The notes beneath the pieces were generated by a model that saw only the letters and a program-made list of their open reading frames with translations, searched no databases and had not been told where the DNA came from. The position numbers and the translations under genes were made by a program. A DNA stretch of 64,000 nt from Eutreptiella sp. 'Long Island Sound 2002' (taxonomy: Eukaryota > Protista > Euglenida), in contig OZ038378.1 of NCBI GenBank assembly GCA_964036045.1, positions 184,078,001 through 184,142,000 on the forward strand, written 5' to 3'. This document shows positions 11,902 through 23,496 of the stretch, piece after piece. Position 1 is the stretch's first letter; the number at the start of each line of letters is the position of its first letter.

Positions 11902-12764
11902 GTAATTCTGCCATCTGGACACGAGGCCTGGGTGGGCGCATTCAGGGCCAATGTGTGCAATGAGCATAACCACGGTATTCACTGACAGGGTTTACTTTGC
12001 ATTGACCACCATTGATTACCCCTTCCGCTCCTGGGGAAGTCGGGTTTTCAACTTTGGGGGGGGGCGGGGGGGTTCAACAGAGCCCCCCAAGAGGGGAGGT
12101 TCGGGAAAAGGGCTCAGTTGACAGGACCATTAAGCCCATTAATCTGTTATTATGGCCTTTGGCCTTAGGTGCCGAAAAAATTGTTTCAGCATTGAAAATG
12201 GTCAAGTTTTTTTTTCACCAAACTCATGGCAAATGGTGACTTTTCTGAACTCCCTCGACGCGCTGATATCAAAAGTCCAATGTTGATTTTTTTTGCCAAA
12301 CTTTGGAGCCGGGGCAGCTCTGGGGCCTGGGGGTCAGTTAGGGTAGGATTTTTTTGGAGGGCGTCACTTGAGCCCTTTTGGGTGGGGGTCTAGCCCAAGG
12401 GCTGCATCCCCCCCCCCCCCCGTTGAAAGCCCGCGCACCCCTGCGTATCACATGGGTACAGGTCGACCGGAGGCCCCCCCGCCAGCTACCGGAGGTCTGG
12501 GTGGCCTTTCATAAGTTCGTAGGCATGGGTGGGCCATCTCCTCAGTTGGGTTCGCGACTCCCCCCCCCTCACCCCCCTCTCTGCCCTTCGGGCCCACTTA
12601 GTTACCAAGGGTCAATAGCTACCGGCCATACATATAGTGGCGCCAAAGGCGCTTGAAAATTTTTTTCATTCCCCTTGTCCATGTAGCACCCCTCCCCGCC
12701 TAGGCAGTGGAGCACCCCAACACTACACTTGAACCCAACCTTGACTCTTACGCCCACCCCAACC

Positions 12765-12830
12765 CTTAGCCTGCTCCTAACCCTACACCCAACCCTACCC
12801 CTGACCCTAACCCTAACCCTAACCGTAACC
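12765..12830 (+). repeat. Degenerate interstitial (CCCTAA)n telomere-like tract
   Basis: cctaaccctacacccaaccctacccctgaccctaaccctaaccctaaccgtaacc. Confidence 0.65.
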
Positions 12831-12899
12831 AAGATTGAATATTGGGACCAAGCTGGTGGGGGAAGGAACATTGTCTAGGAGACTTTAATGACAAATGAG

Positions 12900-13320
12900 G
12901 TACGTATTGGAAAGTGGATGAGAGCAGCTCAAATGGGGCTCAAAATGAGCTGTATTCATCAGTTTGGGCACCACAACTGGACTAGGCTCATTTTTGGAAT
13001 ATGATGGTTTTGACCCATTTTTGAGCCAATTGTGGTCCCAAAGTGGCCCATTTTCAAGGCCCTTTCAGCCTTGAGATGGGCCAAAATTGCTCAACATGCG
13101 CTCAAAATGGACTCATTCCACTTGTTTGTGCACCCCAAATGGTCCAAAGGTATCTTTGGAAAACCACATTTCGATCCATTTTTGACTGATTTTTCGTCCC
13201 AAAACAGCCCTTTTTCAAGGCATTTTGTGACTTTGGCGTGGCCAAAATGGCTTGCAATGGGCTCAAAAAGGGCTCTTTTCACTTGTTTAGGCACCCCAAA
13301 TGGTGTAGTTCTCAAGATCC
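12900..13320 (+). repeat. AT-rich repeat family with ttttgacccatttt / gggcaccccaaatgg submotifs; relatives at ~55080-55480 and ~56100-56340
   Basis: Shared submotifs seen by eye. Confidence 0.45.
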
Positions 13321-13699
13321 ATTGGAATTTTGAGAAGGCGAAGCAGCTCCAAATCCGCTCCGGTCGTGCTTCCACGGAAGCAATTGATTACGAGGATGTT
13401 GTGAGTGATGAGGAGTAGGTGTTCCAAGAACAAGTTTGCGCTTCTAAGGGCTGTCTTGTGCTTTGGCATGCTTGTTGGAGTGCCGGCTTGGGCCAGCACC
13501 ATGCTTTTTTTAAAAATTTCAAAAAAACTACGTATGATCTTTATAATTTTTTTCCACAGGTTGGACAGTGACAGGCAGGCAGTAGAGTTGGTTCAGGGTT
13601 GCGTACCTAGCGCTAGAAATTAGCTGCAGCGGGTCCAATCCCTCCCTGAGTCGATTTTTTGGGCTGACTGAGTCATGACTCAGTCGCGAGTCACGATCG

Positions 13700-13880
13700 C
13701 CGCTGACTGACCAACCGCCAACCACCAACCACCGCTAACCGCCGCCAACCGCCAGTGGCGACCAACTGCCAACCGCCAACCACTACCAACCGCCACCAAC
13801 AACCAATCAACAACCACCAACCGCCGCCAACCACCACCAACCGCCGCCAACCGCCAACCGCCTACCGCCACCAACCATGG
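13700..13880 (+). repeat. Degenerate (AACCGCC)n minisatellite
   Basis: Directly visible. Confidence 0.85.
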
Positions 13881-14313
13881 TTGAACACATGGAGTGCCCG
13901 CGGGCTTTTTTTGGGAAAACTGTGTGACGCAACACTTTTTTTTTCCCCGTTAAGGACCGCCCTGGGCGTGGGAGACGCTGTATTGAACACCCATTTGCAA
14001 TCACTTGATAGCCCAAACGCTGTGGAAGAAGAATGGCATCATTGGGGATGCCTACTTGACGCACTGGCGACCGTCCTGGACTTTCAGGACGATCGTTCTG
14101 AGAACAGGCTGAAAGCAGCCACTTTTGGACACTAAATCAACCAAACGGGCTAGACAGCTGGAAATGGCACAAAACTTGTTTTACGTGATATAGGACTAGC
14201 ATTCCACTCAGATCAAAGGTCCAAGGGCTGCCAGGTAAACACACAAATATTGAAGCAAACAACCTCAATCAACGAAAGTAGATCAAAAGGCATGGCACTG
14301 GACACCAGTTGTG

Positions 14314-14367
14314 CTACATGGACACAATCAGTCCCCCTGCCTTCTTCACGCTGTGCCTTTGTCCGCG
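14314..14367 (-). CDS. Candidate terminal exon of the antisense gene (RGQRHSVKKAGGLIVSM*)
   Basis: ccccttctctacag acceptor, phase 0, ends in TAG; compatible with the phase-0 donor at 15176. Confidence 0.3.
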   Translation of the reverse strand, partial: RGQRHSVKKAGGLIVSM

Positions 14368-14626
14368 CTGTAGAGAAGGGGTTTTTTTTTATTGCTTTTG
14401 TATCGCCATCACAGGCCACGTTTCTTTGTCGTACCAAATGGCTGGATGCAGACCGTCCATTTTGCTTCAGTTGTGGTTGTCTGCCTTGCCCTACTCCATT
14501 CCACACCAAGTTGTCACCATGATGCCAACAGCGCTCGCTGATCGGCTGGTTCCCTGTTGCGGTCCGGGCTTCCCCGATTCCGGCACGTTTCTCATCCTGG
14601 ATCCCCCTTGCTACACTTGTCTGTAG

Positions 14627-15031
14627 GTCCTGGATTTCTGGTTCAAGGGGGATTTCCAGACACTGTACCACACAAAGTGGTTTCCGGCCGAAGGCTCCCA
14701 AACGCAGGCCTCCACCGATCGTGCCGTCCAGACGCAGTTTGAAAGCCTGCTGCTCAAGGCTGAGGGAGGGTTGCTGGAGGATTGGTGTGAGAGTCCGCAG
14801 CCTGCCGTTGCCCTGGTCATTCTTTTGGACCAGTTCTCTCGGCATTATTATCGCGGTCGCGATGACCGCGACTCAAGAGTGGGCGCATGCGATGAGCGGG
14901 CCCTGCGCTATGCCCGAGCACTGCAGGACAAGGATTGGGAGCACCACATGACCGTCCCACAGCGCGTGTTTACCCTGATGCCCTTCCGCCACAGCCCCAC
15001 TCCGGACCGCTTGCAGTTCGTTCTTGATACG
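14627..15031 (+). CDS. tilS: DUF924-TilS fusion gene, DUF924 exon
   Basis: tgtag|VLDFWF...KWF...LLEDWCESPQPAVALVILLDQFSRHYYRG...VFTLMPFRHS...VLDT|gtgtgt; 405 nt; carries the DUF924 (YchQ/Smc04008-like) motifs VL.FWF and ILLDQFSR. Confidence 0.9.
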
Positions 15032-15175
15032 GTGTGTGGACAGAGTTTTGGGGCATGGAAACAGAGAACATGTCGGTTTGGTTCTGTATCCCTTTATCCC
15101 ATCCCCCCATCACATCTACCAGCCTTCATACAACACCCCCCGCTCCCCCCGTTATATCTTTTGTGTCCGACGCAC

Positions 15176-16181
15176 CGTCAGCAGCGTCGCCAGGAGTGAG
15201 TGAGGATGAGCCGTCGACGGTGTCGGGCTGTGCTTGTGCTGTCGGCCACCACCACAACATTTCAGCGCTGCAACTGTCCCGCAACAGCTGCGTGCGTGGG
15301 CCCTTGGCATTACCGCAATGCACGGCGCCTGTATTGAGCCCTTGAGTCCCTGCTTGCAGCGGGGGCACTGAGTTCCCTTATGAACGACTTGCCTCCTGCC
15401 AAAAAAAAAACACGGGCCCCAACTCCCAAAACCCCAGCCGACAAGGCCCATGGAGAACGCAGCAGCCACACCTTGACCTCGTAAACAGAGGACTCAGCTG
15501 CGAGATGTCGCCAGCTGAGGCTATCCTCCAAAAAGCAGAGGGACCAATGCCCAAGGGCTGCAAAACGCCACTTCGTGGTGTCGGTCCCACTTGCGAAGCA
15601 GGTCTTGTGCTGAATGGTACTGCAACGTCAGAGTGATCCCAGTGATTGCTGCCCCAACATAATACACCTGCAGAGACATGGGCAGAGTGCAAGCCCAGGC
15701 AGCACGAGGCAATTGAGCACCGGGTTCAGAAACCCATGAAAAGGGTTTAATTGATGGGTATCATATCACACTCTTGAACAGCGCTTTGGCAGTACCACCC
15801 CTCCCGCTTGCGACAGCAACACTAAATTTCTAAAATGTGACGGGAAAACACCTAGTGTTGCTCTCATAAGGACGTTGTTCGCACGAGGCCACAAGAAGAC
15901 ACAAGCAGTGACCGTTGCGTCGTAAATGCACTCGTCGTCAGGTGATTCCCCAATCTCCACCTTCAAAGAAGGAAAAGAAGGGATAAAACTGGGTGCACAG
16001 TAATCAGTATCCCTAAAATACCATGCCCAGCCCCAAAGGACAGAAAAAACTTGATATTCAAGGACCATTCAAGGATTGCACTGCACACTTGGGCTGCAGT
16101 AATCTTCGCACAATGGTGAGAAGTGGAACCCCCCCCTGGACCATGCGTGGGGATTTGTGGTTTGGCTTTGTAGAGGGTTTT
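15176..16181 (-). CDS. Antisense gene, exon cluster A (16181-16089, 15960-15913, 15667-15572, 15525-15472, 15349-15314, 15238-15176); product unknown
   Basis: Six consecutive AG..GT exons, each a multiple of 3 nt (93, 48, 96, 54, 36, 63), with no stops: KTLYKAKPQIPTHGPGGGSTSHHCAKITAAQ|VEIGESPDDECIYDAT|VYYVGAAITGITLTLQYHSAQDLLRKWDRHHE|DSLSWRHLAAESSVYEVK|GLKGSIQAPCIA|HKHSPTPSTAHPHSLLATLLT; pyrimidine tracts before several acceptors. Confidence 0.68.
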
Positions 16182-16465
16182 CTGGCATGAGGGTAGAGAA
16201 GAAAAGCAAAGAGAAGCTCCGCTCACAACATGACGAAGGGGGAATGTGCATGACAACATCAGCAGTTGAAGACCCCCTTTTGATTGGTGTGCAATCGCAA
16301 ATGTGTACCAAGAGACAGCACCCAATTGCGACGTAACGATTGATAATCGGAATTTTCTCCTAAAATCTCATATTTATCGCAACGTTAATTTGTCCCTGTC
16401 CCTGTGAATTCACCAATGCTGCTATGAGCTTGCATCTATTGATGAGGGCTTGTGGGTGAGCATAC

Positions 16466-17978
16466 AAGCTTGCCTTGGGTCGAATGGCAGGCCAATGGAT
16501 TTAGCAACAGCCACAAGTGATGCAGATCCCTCCTGATTTACACCACCAATGCATCCACACGGCTGCTCAGAACAGACCTAATCTGAGACTCCAGGTGCGG
16601 TGAGCAGCAGAAGCATTGCATCATCAAGCTTCGACCGCCTGCAGGCACCTCCACAGAACACAACCAAGTGTGTTGCAGCGGAAGGACCAACCAACAGACC
16701 TACTCCACCGTTATGGTTCACCCCTCAAAGAGTGCTGTTGGTATGCCCATTGCGATGGAGCTCAGCACAGCTGCTACAGGGGGGGGGGGGGTTATGCGAC
16801 CCCCCTACAAGCTGCTACAAGGGAGGGGGGTTATGTGCGAGCGTGCATGCAGCTTGTAAGCACTCATGGTACCAAATAATGCAGAACGGCAGACACCTCT
16901 TGGGCCCAACGTGCTGAGCATGCGATATGTTTTGATTTGTGGGCATCTTGAAACATTAATCCACCAGTCCATCCTTGTCAAGTTCAATCAATCAATGAGA
17001 CGGCTGTGCTTCAAGCCAAATGGCATTGGATCTAGGGAATTGATGTGACCACATGTGGGCATTGAATGCCCAAAATGTCAACATACCCGTAGAAAGCGCT
17101 TCTTGGAGTAGATAACATTTTTGGGCACAAGCACAGGTGACTGATTGGTAGTGGTGGTACAATGTATTTTCTTTTTGTTTTGACAGATATTCAGCAAAAT
17201 AGTGTCCCATCTCTCTCGGGCACGGTCCTTATGCGCCAACATGGAGCAAATTGGCCCCTTTTCCTGTTTTGTGAATGTTTCAGTGCATTGCGGGAAAATT
17301 TCGTCTTCGAGGGGGTGGTATGTGCATACTTTTTGAAATCCTTTGAACACAGACTGGGTGCCAGTGAAAAGCCGTCCCCATGAACAAACATGGTGATGTC
17401 TGCCCCAATGGGGTCCCTGCCCTTGCAAACAACGACGACGATTTGGAATAACCGTTGCAGAAATGTGCAGTGCATGTTGTGTGACAGTTCGACCTATTAC
17501 TCTCCAATTTCATATGGGGGGGACCACCCGAGGTGCTGCGCAAGGCTCATTTTGAATCATCAGCTGTGAGGTCCACACTGCGTTGCTTGGTAAACCGGAC
17601 CTTGCGCCACGGGGTGGTCTCTTGGTAACCGAGCGGACATTGTGGGCCGTTGAAGACCTGTCCCGCCGGTCCCGGGTCACTTTGACCCATTCTGCACGTC
17701 CAGAACGAGTCCTTTTGCGAATCAAAGGCTTCTGAGGTGCATCGGGGGAGGCAACAGCACATTGCGAAAATTTGTATGTGGACATGGCACATGACTGTTG
17801 ACAAAACAGGGCAGCAGACAGATCATGCACCGTCCAAAATGGACAAAGTTGAGTTGTGAACCGGAATCGTGGCCGAAAGTTTGGGATGATGCTGCGCCTG
17901 GGCCTGGCAGTGTGGCCAGAAACAGGGATGTAGCTTGGTTGTACATAACGACCCCCCACCCCACCCTTGCGAGAACAA
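16466..17978 (-). CDS. Antisense gene, candidate upstream exons (17978-17831, 17731-17596, 16532-16466)
   Basis: GT-AG boundaries with compatible phases (0/1, 1/2, 2/0) leading into 16181; includes EAFDSQKDSFWTCRMGQSDPGPAGQVFNGPQCPLGYQETTPWRKVR. Confidence 0.4.
16990..17430 (-). pseudogene. Decayed PIF/Harbinger-ISL2EU-type transposase remnant
   Basis: AHKDRARE/MGHYFAEYL across a frameshift resembles YRARVEHLFAHL of 48369-48956. Confidence 0.4.
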
Positions 17979-18210
17979 CTGTAAAAGGACTGGATTTGAC
18001 AAAAACAAAACCTAAAAGGTGGTTGTTCTCCCGCACTATGAGAAGACACAAGCAGTGAGAGCAAAGCAAAGCATCACCATGTTTGTCGAGGCACATTGAA
18101 ATCAGTCGCTCGGGCAGGCCAGGGATACTGGTCTGTGAGCCCCTGGTCCCTCACTGACAGTCAGCCCAAAATACTCCTTGTCCATGTCCACAACCCTCAT
18201 CTTTGCGTAG

Positions 18211-18351
18211 GCAAAGAAACTTGTTGCAGGGCATGAAGACATCGGTACACTGTTGGACAAGTTCCAAAGGGCCACTCTCAAGCGGCTGCAGCACTTGCAG
18301 GGGCAACAATACGTAGATGGGGCCGAAATCCTGGAATTCTTTCCTTTTGAG
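18211..18351 (+). CDS. tilS: DUF924-TilS fusion gene, linker exon
   Basis: gcgtag|AKKLVAGHEDIGTLLDKFQRATLKRLQHLQGQQYVDGAEILEFFPFE|gtgtgc; 141 nt, phase 0/0. Confidence 0.85.
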
Positions 18352-18384
18352 GTGTGCTGCGGCCAACCAACCTCTGCCCACCAA

Positions 18385-18600
18385 CCAGTTTTTGTGTCGT
18401 GTCGTGTTGTGTTGTGTCGTGTTGTGTCGTGTCGTGTCGTATGATGTGTCGTTGGTGTTAGTGTTGGTGTTAAAGTTGGTGTTGGTGGTGGCGTTGAAGC
18501 TGTCGTTGGTGCTGGTATTGTATCGTGTCGTGTCGTGTTGCGCAGCGTTGGGTTGCGCTGTGTTGTGCTGCGTTGTGTTGCGTTGTGTTGCGTTGTGCAC
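18385..18600 (+). repeat. (GTGTT/GTGTC)n and (GTT)-rich simple repeat
   Basis: Directly visible. Confidence 0.85.
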
Positions 18601-19079
18601 TTCGCTTGAGATTTGACCCACCCTCAATCATGCGGTTGTGTGACGAATGATTCTTGGGACGTGAGTGAACTTTTTGCGGGTGCCCCTCCGAAATCAAAAA
18701 AGAGTAACGTACCATGGGCTTCAAGGGGGTTGCGATGGCCTTCAAAAGCAGAAGCTTTGGAGATTTTCTGGTTTTCGTCAACAGAAGCCCTCTGCCGGCG
18801 TGTTATGTGTGCTTTTTGTGTGTGTGCACACATAGCCCCCAGACACACTGGCAAGTTTTACAGGCTGTCCCATCCTCCCTTCACCTGCCTTGATGGAACC
18901 CCCCTTCATCCCACACAGCAATTGAAAAACCATGTACTTCCCCATCTCAACAACATGTGCTGTTGTTGAACTGCCAAGGGGCTCTACCAGTTCCTCCTAC
19001 ACTAGTCCTTGGAATGGAACGGTACTGGTCTCCCGCCCCTAAGCAGGCGGCGACCACAGACTTCGGCAGGGCGGAGGTA

Positions 19080-19135
19080 AAGTTGGTTCCCTTTGCTTAT
19101 TGGCCAAACGTCCTGCCGCTGAGCTACCCAGTGCA
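19080..19135 (-). other. Truncated tRNA-like 5' half
   Basis: ggtagctcagcggcagg A-box-like sequence followed by a tttg..caaa arm; no B-box. Confidence 0.3.
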
Positions 19136-19279
19136 ATACGGGGGCCAGTAGAGCAAGTCGGCTGCTCAGAGACTGGGCTCTCTCTTGTTCTTTTGCAGGT
19201 TTGATTTCAAGCAGAACGGTTGCCGTCTGGTCCTATGGTCTTCTGGTCCTGAGTGCAGGATCCCCCCCCCCCCAACACC

Positions 19280-19768
19280 CAGAGTGAATTCGGTGGGGGA
19301 TATGGCTGCACTGTGCTGAGCGAGTGGGAAGAAAGTGCTCACCTGCCCACCACGTCCCCCCAAACAAACAACAGAGCTGAGCTCTCGGCTGTTATTAGGG
19401 TGTTGGAGTGCATGCAGGATGACGCTAGACTACTTGAAATTGCAATGGATTCTCAGTGCGTCTATTACGATGTCACAGGATCTGCTTTTAGGTTGAGAAA
19501 CATGGGTTGGGTCGGCAAAACAGGTCCGATAGCCAACATGGACCTATCATTGACTCTGTGCTGGATCAAGGTGCCCAGCCACACCGTGGTCATCATTCCG
19601 GGCAACCAAGTAGCGGATCGCTTGGGGGAAATGGGAAGGGTTAGTTCACCTTTATATCATGTTTTGTCGCTGTCTGAAAGGCTTGTCACCTCAATTAAAC
19701 TGCCCTTCACCCCACTCCATGCAGGGCACCAGCAGTCCCATGCAGTCCATGCACATCGCAACAGCTAA
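19280..19768 (+). mobile_element. RNase H remnant from a retroelement
   Basis: GGYGC...PQTNNRAELSAVIRVL...IAMDSQCVY...GWVGKTGPIANMDL...IKVPSH...GNQVADRLGEMG. Confidence 0.85.
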
Positions 19769-20459
19769 AGTCACAACATCAGAAGGTGAATCGCCTTTGG
19801 GAAAGCCTAGGGTTGCATGCAATGTCCACCCCATGACCACCATGGGCCAGAAGAAAGCTCAACACACACAGTACAGATGTCAATTCTCCTAGATACATCA
19901 TGGATGATCTAACATTGGTGGACCCCTGTCATTGGTTAAGGGGTCCGGATAGAAGAAAAAGTGGAACAGACCTGAGTCCGAATCGAGAATTGCCCCCCAA
20001 GTCCCCCCCCCCCCATCCCCACAAGCCCCCTAAAAAGTGGTACCCAGGAACAGGGGGATAGAGGGGTCAAGATAAAAAAATTCGTTGGGGAATAATTTGG
20101 TCTCCTGCAATGATGATTTTGCAAGGCGTTAGACATCCGATATCATCCTTTGGGGTATGCCATGCGAATGATCCCCTGAAAGGGGGTTATGTGGCGCCTG
20201 CACCCGCGCTTGATCTGACAACGTCTCTGAGGTGATCTTGGCTTGAATGGCCCAAAAAGGCAGCACTTTGGCCAGTTTTGTTGGCCAACGATTTTCAGTC
20301 AGTTTTCGTCCCCAGGTCTTCTCTGCCAAAAAAAGGAAAGGAAAATGGCCCGTCAAAAAATCAGCACTCCCAAGGGGGAGGGTCCCCCCCCCCCCCCCCC
20401 GCGCTGGACCGTCCCAGCCTCGCCCATGACACCCCCCCCCCCAAACAAAAGTCGCTCTG

Positions 20460-20620
20460 ACAGTGTGTTTTGTTTCTCACACTAATTTGCATCATCGTTC
20501 ATTCCTGCTCCCTTTTGAAGTTATGTGCCTTTGAGTGGTTGCAATCCAGGAGCTATTGGTAGGTGGCTGTGTTAAACAAGGTTAGTCTAACGAAGGTTCC
20601 ACCTACACCTTCGCTTAGCT
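20460..20620 (+). repeat. Dispersed repeat; inverted copy at 62085-62240
   Basis: ttgcaatccaggagct..tgtgttaaacaaggttagtctaacgaaggttccacctacacc is the reverse complement of 62095-62165. Confidence 0.75.
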
Positions 20621-21192
20621 CACCTCACCCCTCGACACTGTGCTCCTCTTGAGTCAATGTGCCTGAAATTGATCAGCGTGTCACAGCAATCACTTTCAGG
20701 TACGAGGATTGGTGGGGTATCCTCTGCGTCCCCACCGCTGTTCTTGCATACCCCCCCTCCCAATCCCGAGGTGGAGAGGCTAACCAACCCCCCAGAGCCC
20801 AAGAGGCGGTGAGGCGACAGACGTGCCCACGGTGGCGGCGGTCATACGTGTGCCTGAAGGCGGTATCATTCCCCTCCAAACGGAGCCGCCAGGCCCTGTG
20901 CCCCTCCGGGTAGAGGGGCCGACTAGCCCCCCAGAGCATGAGGGGCAATGGGGCGTCAGAAGTACCGGCAGCGCAGGTCACATGTGTCCCTGCCAATCCC
21001 CAACCTCAAGGCTCTGTGCCCGGCAGCCGGGTGGACATGCACTGATGGTTTGCTGCATTCGCTGGCGGACTTTGCAGTCTCGATTATGATGAACATGCCC
21101 ATGCCCCCCCCCCCCCCGGCCCACTTTCAGGGGTGTGGACCATGGGGGACCAGGTCCTCTTCATTTCCTGCCCCCCACCACCCCAACAACAG

Positions 21193-21372
21193 GCGGACGA
21201 AACGGACTTGTCGCAGCACCCACTGTACCGGGCGATGGAGCGCTTCCTGCAGCGGAAGGCCCTGCAGCCTGGGGCTGTGCTGTGTGTGTCCCTCTCCGGG
21301 GGGGTGGACTCCATGGTCATCGCCAAGCTGCTGTGCGCCATCCGAGACGGTGGGAAACTCGGAGCATTTGAG
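21193..21372 (+). CDS. tilS: DUF924-TilS fusion gene, PP-loop exon
   Basis: acag|ADETDLSQHPLYRAMERFL...VLCVSLSGGVDSMVIAKLL...GAFE|gtactg; SGGxDS ATP-pyrophosphatase motif. Confidence 0.93.
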
Positions 21373-21479
21373 GTACTGCAGGGGCGGTGCAGTGCAGCGC
21401 TGGTGTGTGTATCGGGGCGTAGCGCTCTGCGCTGCTTTGAGCAGCGAGACAGGAACGTTTTGTATCTGACCTGTGCTGT

Positions 21480-21960
21480 TACCCTAAGCTCACGATGTTC
21501 ACAGTAGTCGTGCGCGCTGTACGCCTGTGCACGTGCTATGCGCCGACTGTGCGCGGACCATGCGCCAACTGCGCACCTCCCATGCGCCGGCCATGCGCCT
21601 GTCTCCAGCGGCACAAATGGGGTCGCAGTCAACGACGAGGGCGGCAACAGTCCACACGCACACACACAGCGGGAGTGGGACCCTTTTTGAGTCCGACCTG
21701 TGTGCTGGGGCCTGGGGTGTCGGGGTGGCAAGGCTTGCTGTGCTTGCCGTCGCAGAGGTTTTGGCAGTAGCACAGGGGAGCACGGACAGGGCCATTGGCA
21801 CAGGCAAGCGACGTGCGGTGGCCAGAGCAGTGGCGCATTGGCGTTGGCCAGACCAATGATGGGAACAGGGTCGGTACGGGCATCGCCTTTTCAACATCAG
21901 ACCCACGGGGGCCGGCAGTTTTCAGTGCTTCACTGTCTCCTCATAACCCGCTGCGATTGA
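21480..21960. repeat. Locally repeated ~450-bp module (copies 21480-21960, 22947-23090, 23905-24330, 36760-36880 partial, 37410-37800)
   Basis: Near-identical gagtccgacctgtgtgctggggcctggggtgtcggggtggcaaggcttgctgtgcttgcc core; all copies in the same orientation. Confidence 0.9.
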
Positions 21961-22096
21961 AAGGTGGACGAGGATGTCGAGGGCACACCACAATGATGTG
22001 GATGTTTGTGTATGTGTATTTTCTCTGTCTTGGGTGTTGTTGTGGCCGTGAAGATGCGTGTGCTGCGGGGCGGCCCAACAGAGTGCCGCTTGTCCC

Positions 22097-22105
22097 GGCA
22101 ACAGC

Positions 22106-22194
<89 letters not shown>

Positions 22195-22196
22195 CC

Positions 22197-22233
<37 letters not shown>

Positions 22234-22246
22234 CCACAACAACAAC
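22097..22246 (+). repeat. (CAA)n microsatellite of ~50 units, flanked by a 9-bp direct repeat
   Basis: gcttgtccc at 22088-22096 and 22247-22255. Confidence 0.95.
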
Positions 22247-22629
22247 GCTTGTCCCTGCTGTGCCCAGAAATAGTTACGCTTGTCTCCGCCGTCCCGAGAA
22301 AGGGTGACGCTCCTTCTCGTTTATCCGGCCAAGCTCTAGCTCCAATTCTGGACCCGCCTAACCCAACTGATTTTTCTTCTCGCTGTATCCACGAGTGAAT
22401 GAAAATCATGCACCCACGATTATTCCAGTTTTATCTACTCCTGGGTACATCCCCAATGCCGCAGCACCCCCCCCCCCCCAATTTTGTGCTTGAATAAAAA
22501 AAATGGAAGGAACAGCCCCCCCTTCCTCCCTCCTACTCTTCTAATTCATCTGAAACCCAGAGTATGTTGACCCCCCCCCCCATTTTTTATCCGGTGCCTC
22601 CGGCACCAAATGTGTGCAGAGCATGTCCA

Positions 22630-22800
22630 TACGCCCGCCACGGTGTGTGCACCAAGTGTGCCAGGGTGCACTCTGGCCACTTCTGCCACTTCTGACGTTT
22701 GATGGTGGAGGGGCCCATGTGGTCTGACACCGTTTTTGAAACAATCTGAATTCGTTGGGTTCGCAAGGAAGAGCCCCCCCCCCCCCCCCCGCTCAAGCGC
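22630..22800 (+). repeat. ~170-bp duplication; second copy at ~23605-23740
   Basis: gtgtgccagggtg..gccacttctgacgtttgat..ggcccatgtggtctgacac..ttcgttgggttcgcaaggaagagc. Confidence 0.85.
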
Positions 22801-23244
22801 AACACTGCCCCATTCACAGAGCACAAGGGTGAACACAGGACACATGCCATTGACCGACAGACTGGCGAGACGCCCTGGAACTTAGCGCGTGCCGTCCGAG
22901 GCCGCGGTGTCCAGAGGCTGCACGTCATGTACTGGATGGGTAGCACCCTTTTTGAGTCCGACCTGTGTGCTGGGGACTGGGGTGTCGGGGTGGCAAGGCT
23001 TGCTGTGCTTGCCATTGCAGAGGTACCTGCACTCGCACAGGGGAGCACGGACAGGCCCATTGGCATAAGCGGAGCCAGGCGCGACGCAAACCTTACTCTA
23101 AGCAAGCCCCCCCCCCCCCCACACACACGTCCGTAATACTCAGAGCAGTCACTCTACACGTGCTGCCTCACTGCGGGGGGCGGGGCATGGATGCGGGCTG
23201 AGGTACTTTCATACTGCGTACTTTTACTCACATTCGTTTTGGAG

Positions 23245-23496
23245 GTGCTTGCGCTCCACATCGACTACAACAACCGCCCGGAGAGCGGAGCTGAGGCGGA
23301 GTTCGTGGAGCGCTGGTGCGAGGAACGCCGGATCCGCTTCCGCGCCCGCGTGGTCACGGAATGCAAGCGGGGCGTGACTGCACGGGACGTGTACGAGAAA
23401 CAGTCGCGCGAGATCCGGTACGGCTTCTACCGCGAGGCCATGGAGCGGGACGGTGTGCGGGGGGTGTTCTTTGGGCATCACCAGGGGGACCTGCAG
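23245..23496 (+). CDS. tilS: DUF924-TilS fusion gene, exon
   Basis: ggag|VLALHIDYNNRPESGAEAEFVERWC...VYEKQSREIRYGFY...GVFFGHHQGDLQ|gtgtgg; matches the TilS H.D / R..RY / GHH..D motifs. Confidence 0.93.

Noticed and set aside
12765-12830. True chromosome end or fusion site
   Set aside because: Short, degenerate, single orientation and embedded among repeats
14213-14845. 210-aa minus-strand ORF
   Set aside because: Mostly the antisense shadow of the DUF924 exon
21922-22409. Poly-L/C/V/Q/N ORFs in six frames
   Set aside because: Translations of the (CAA)n microsatellite
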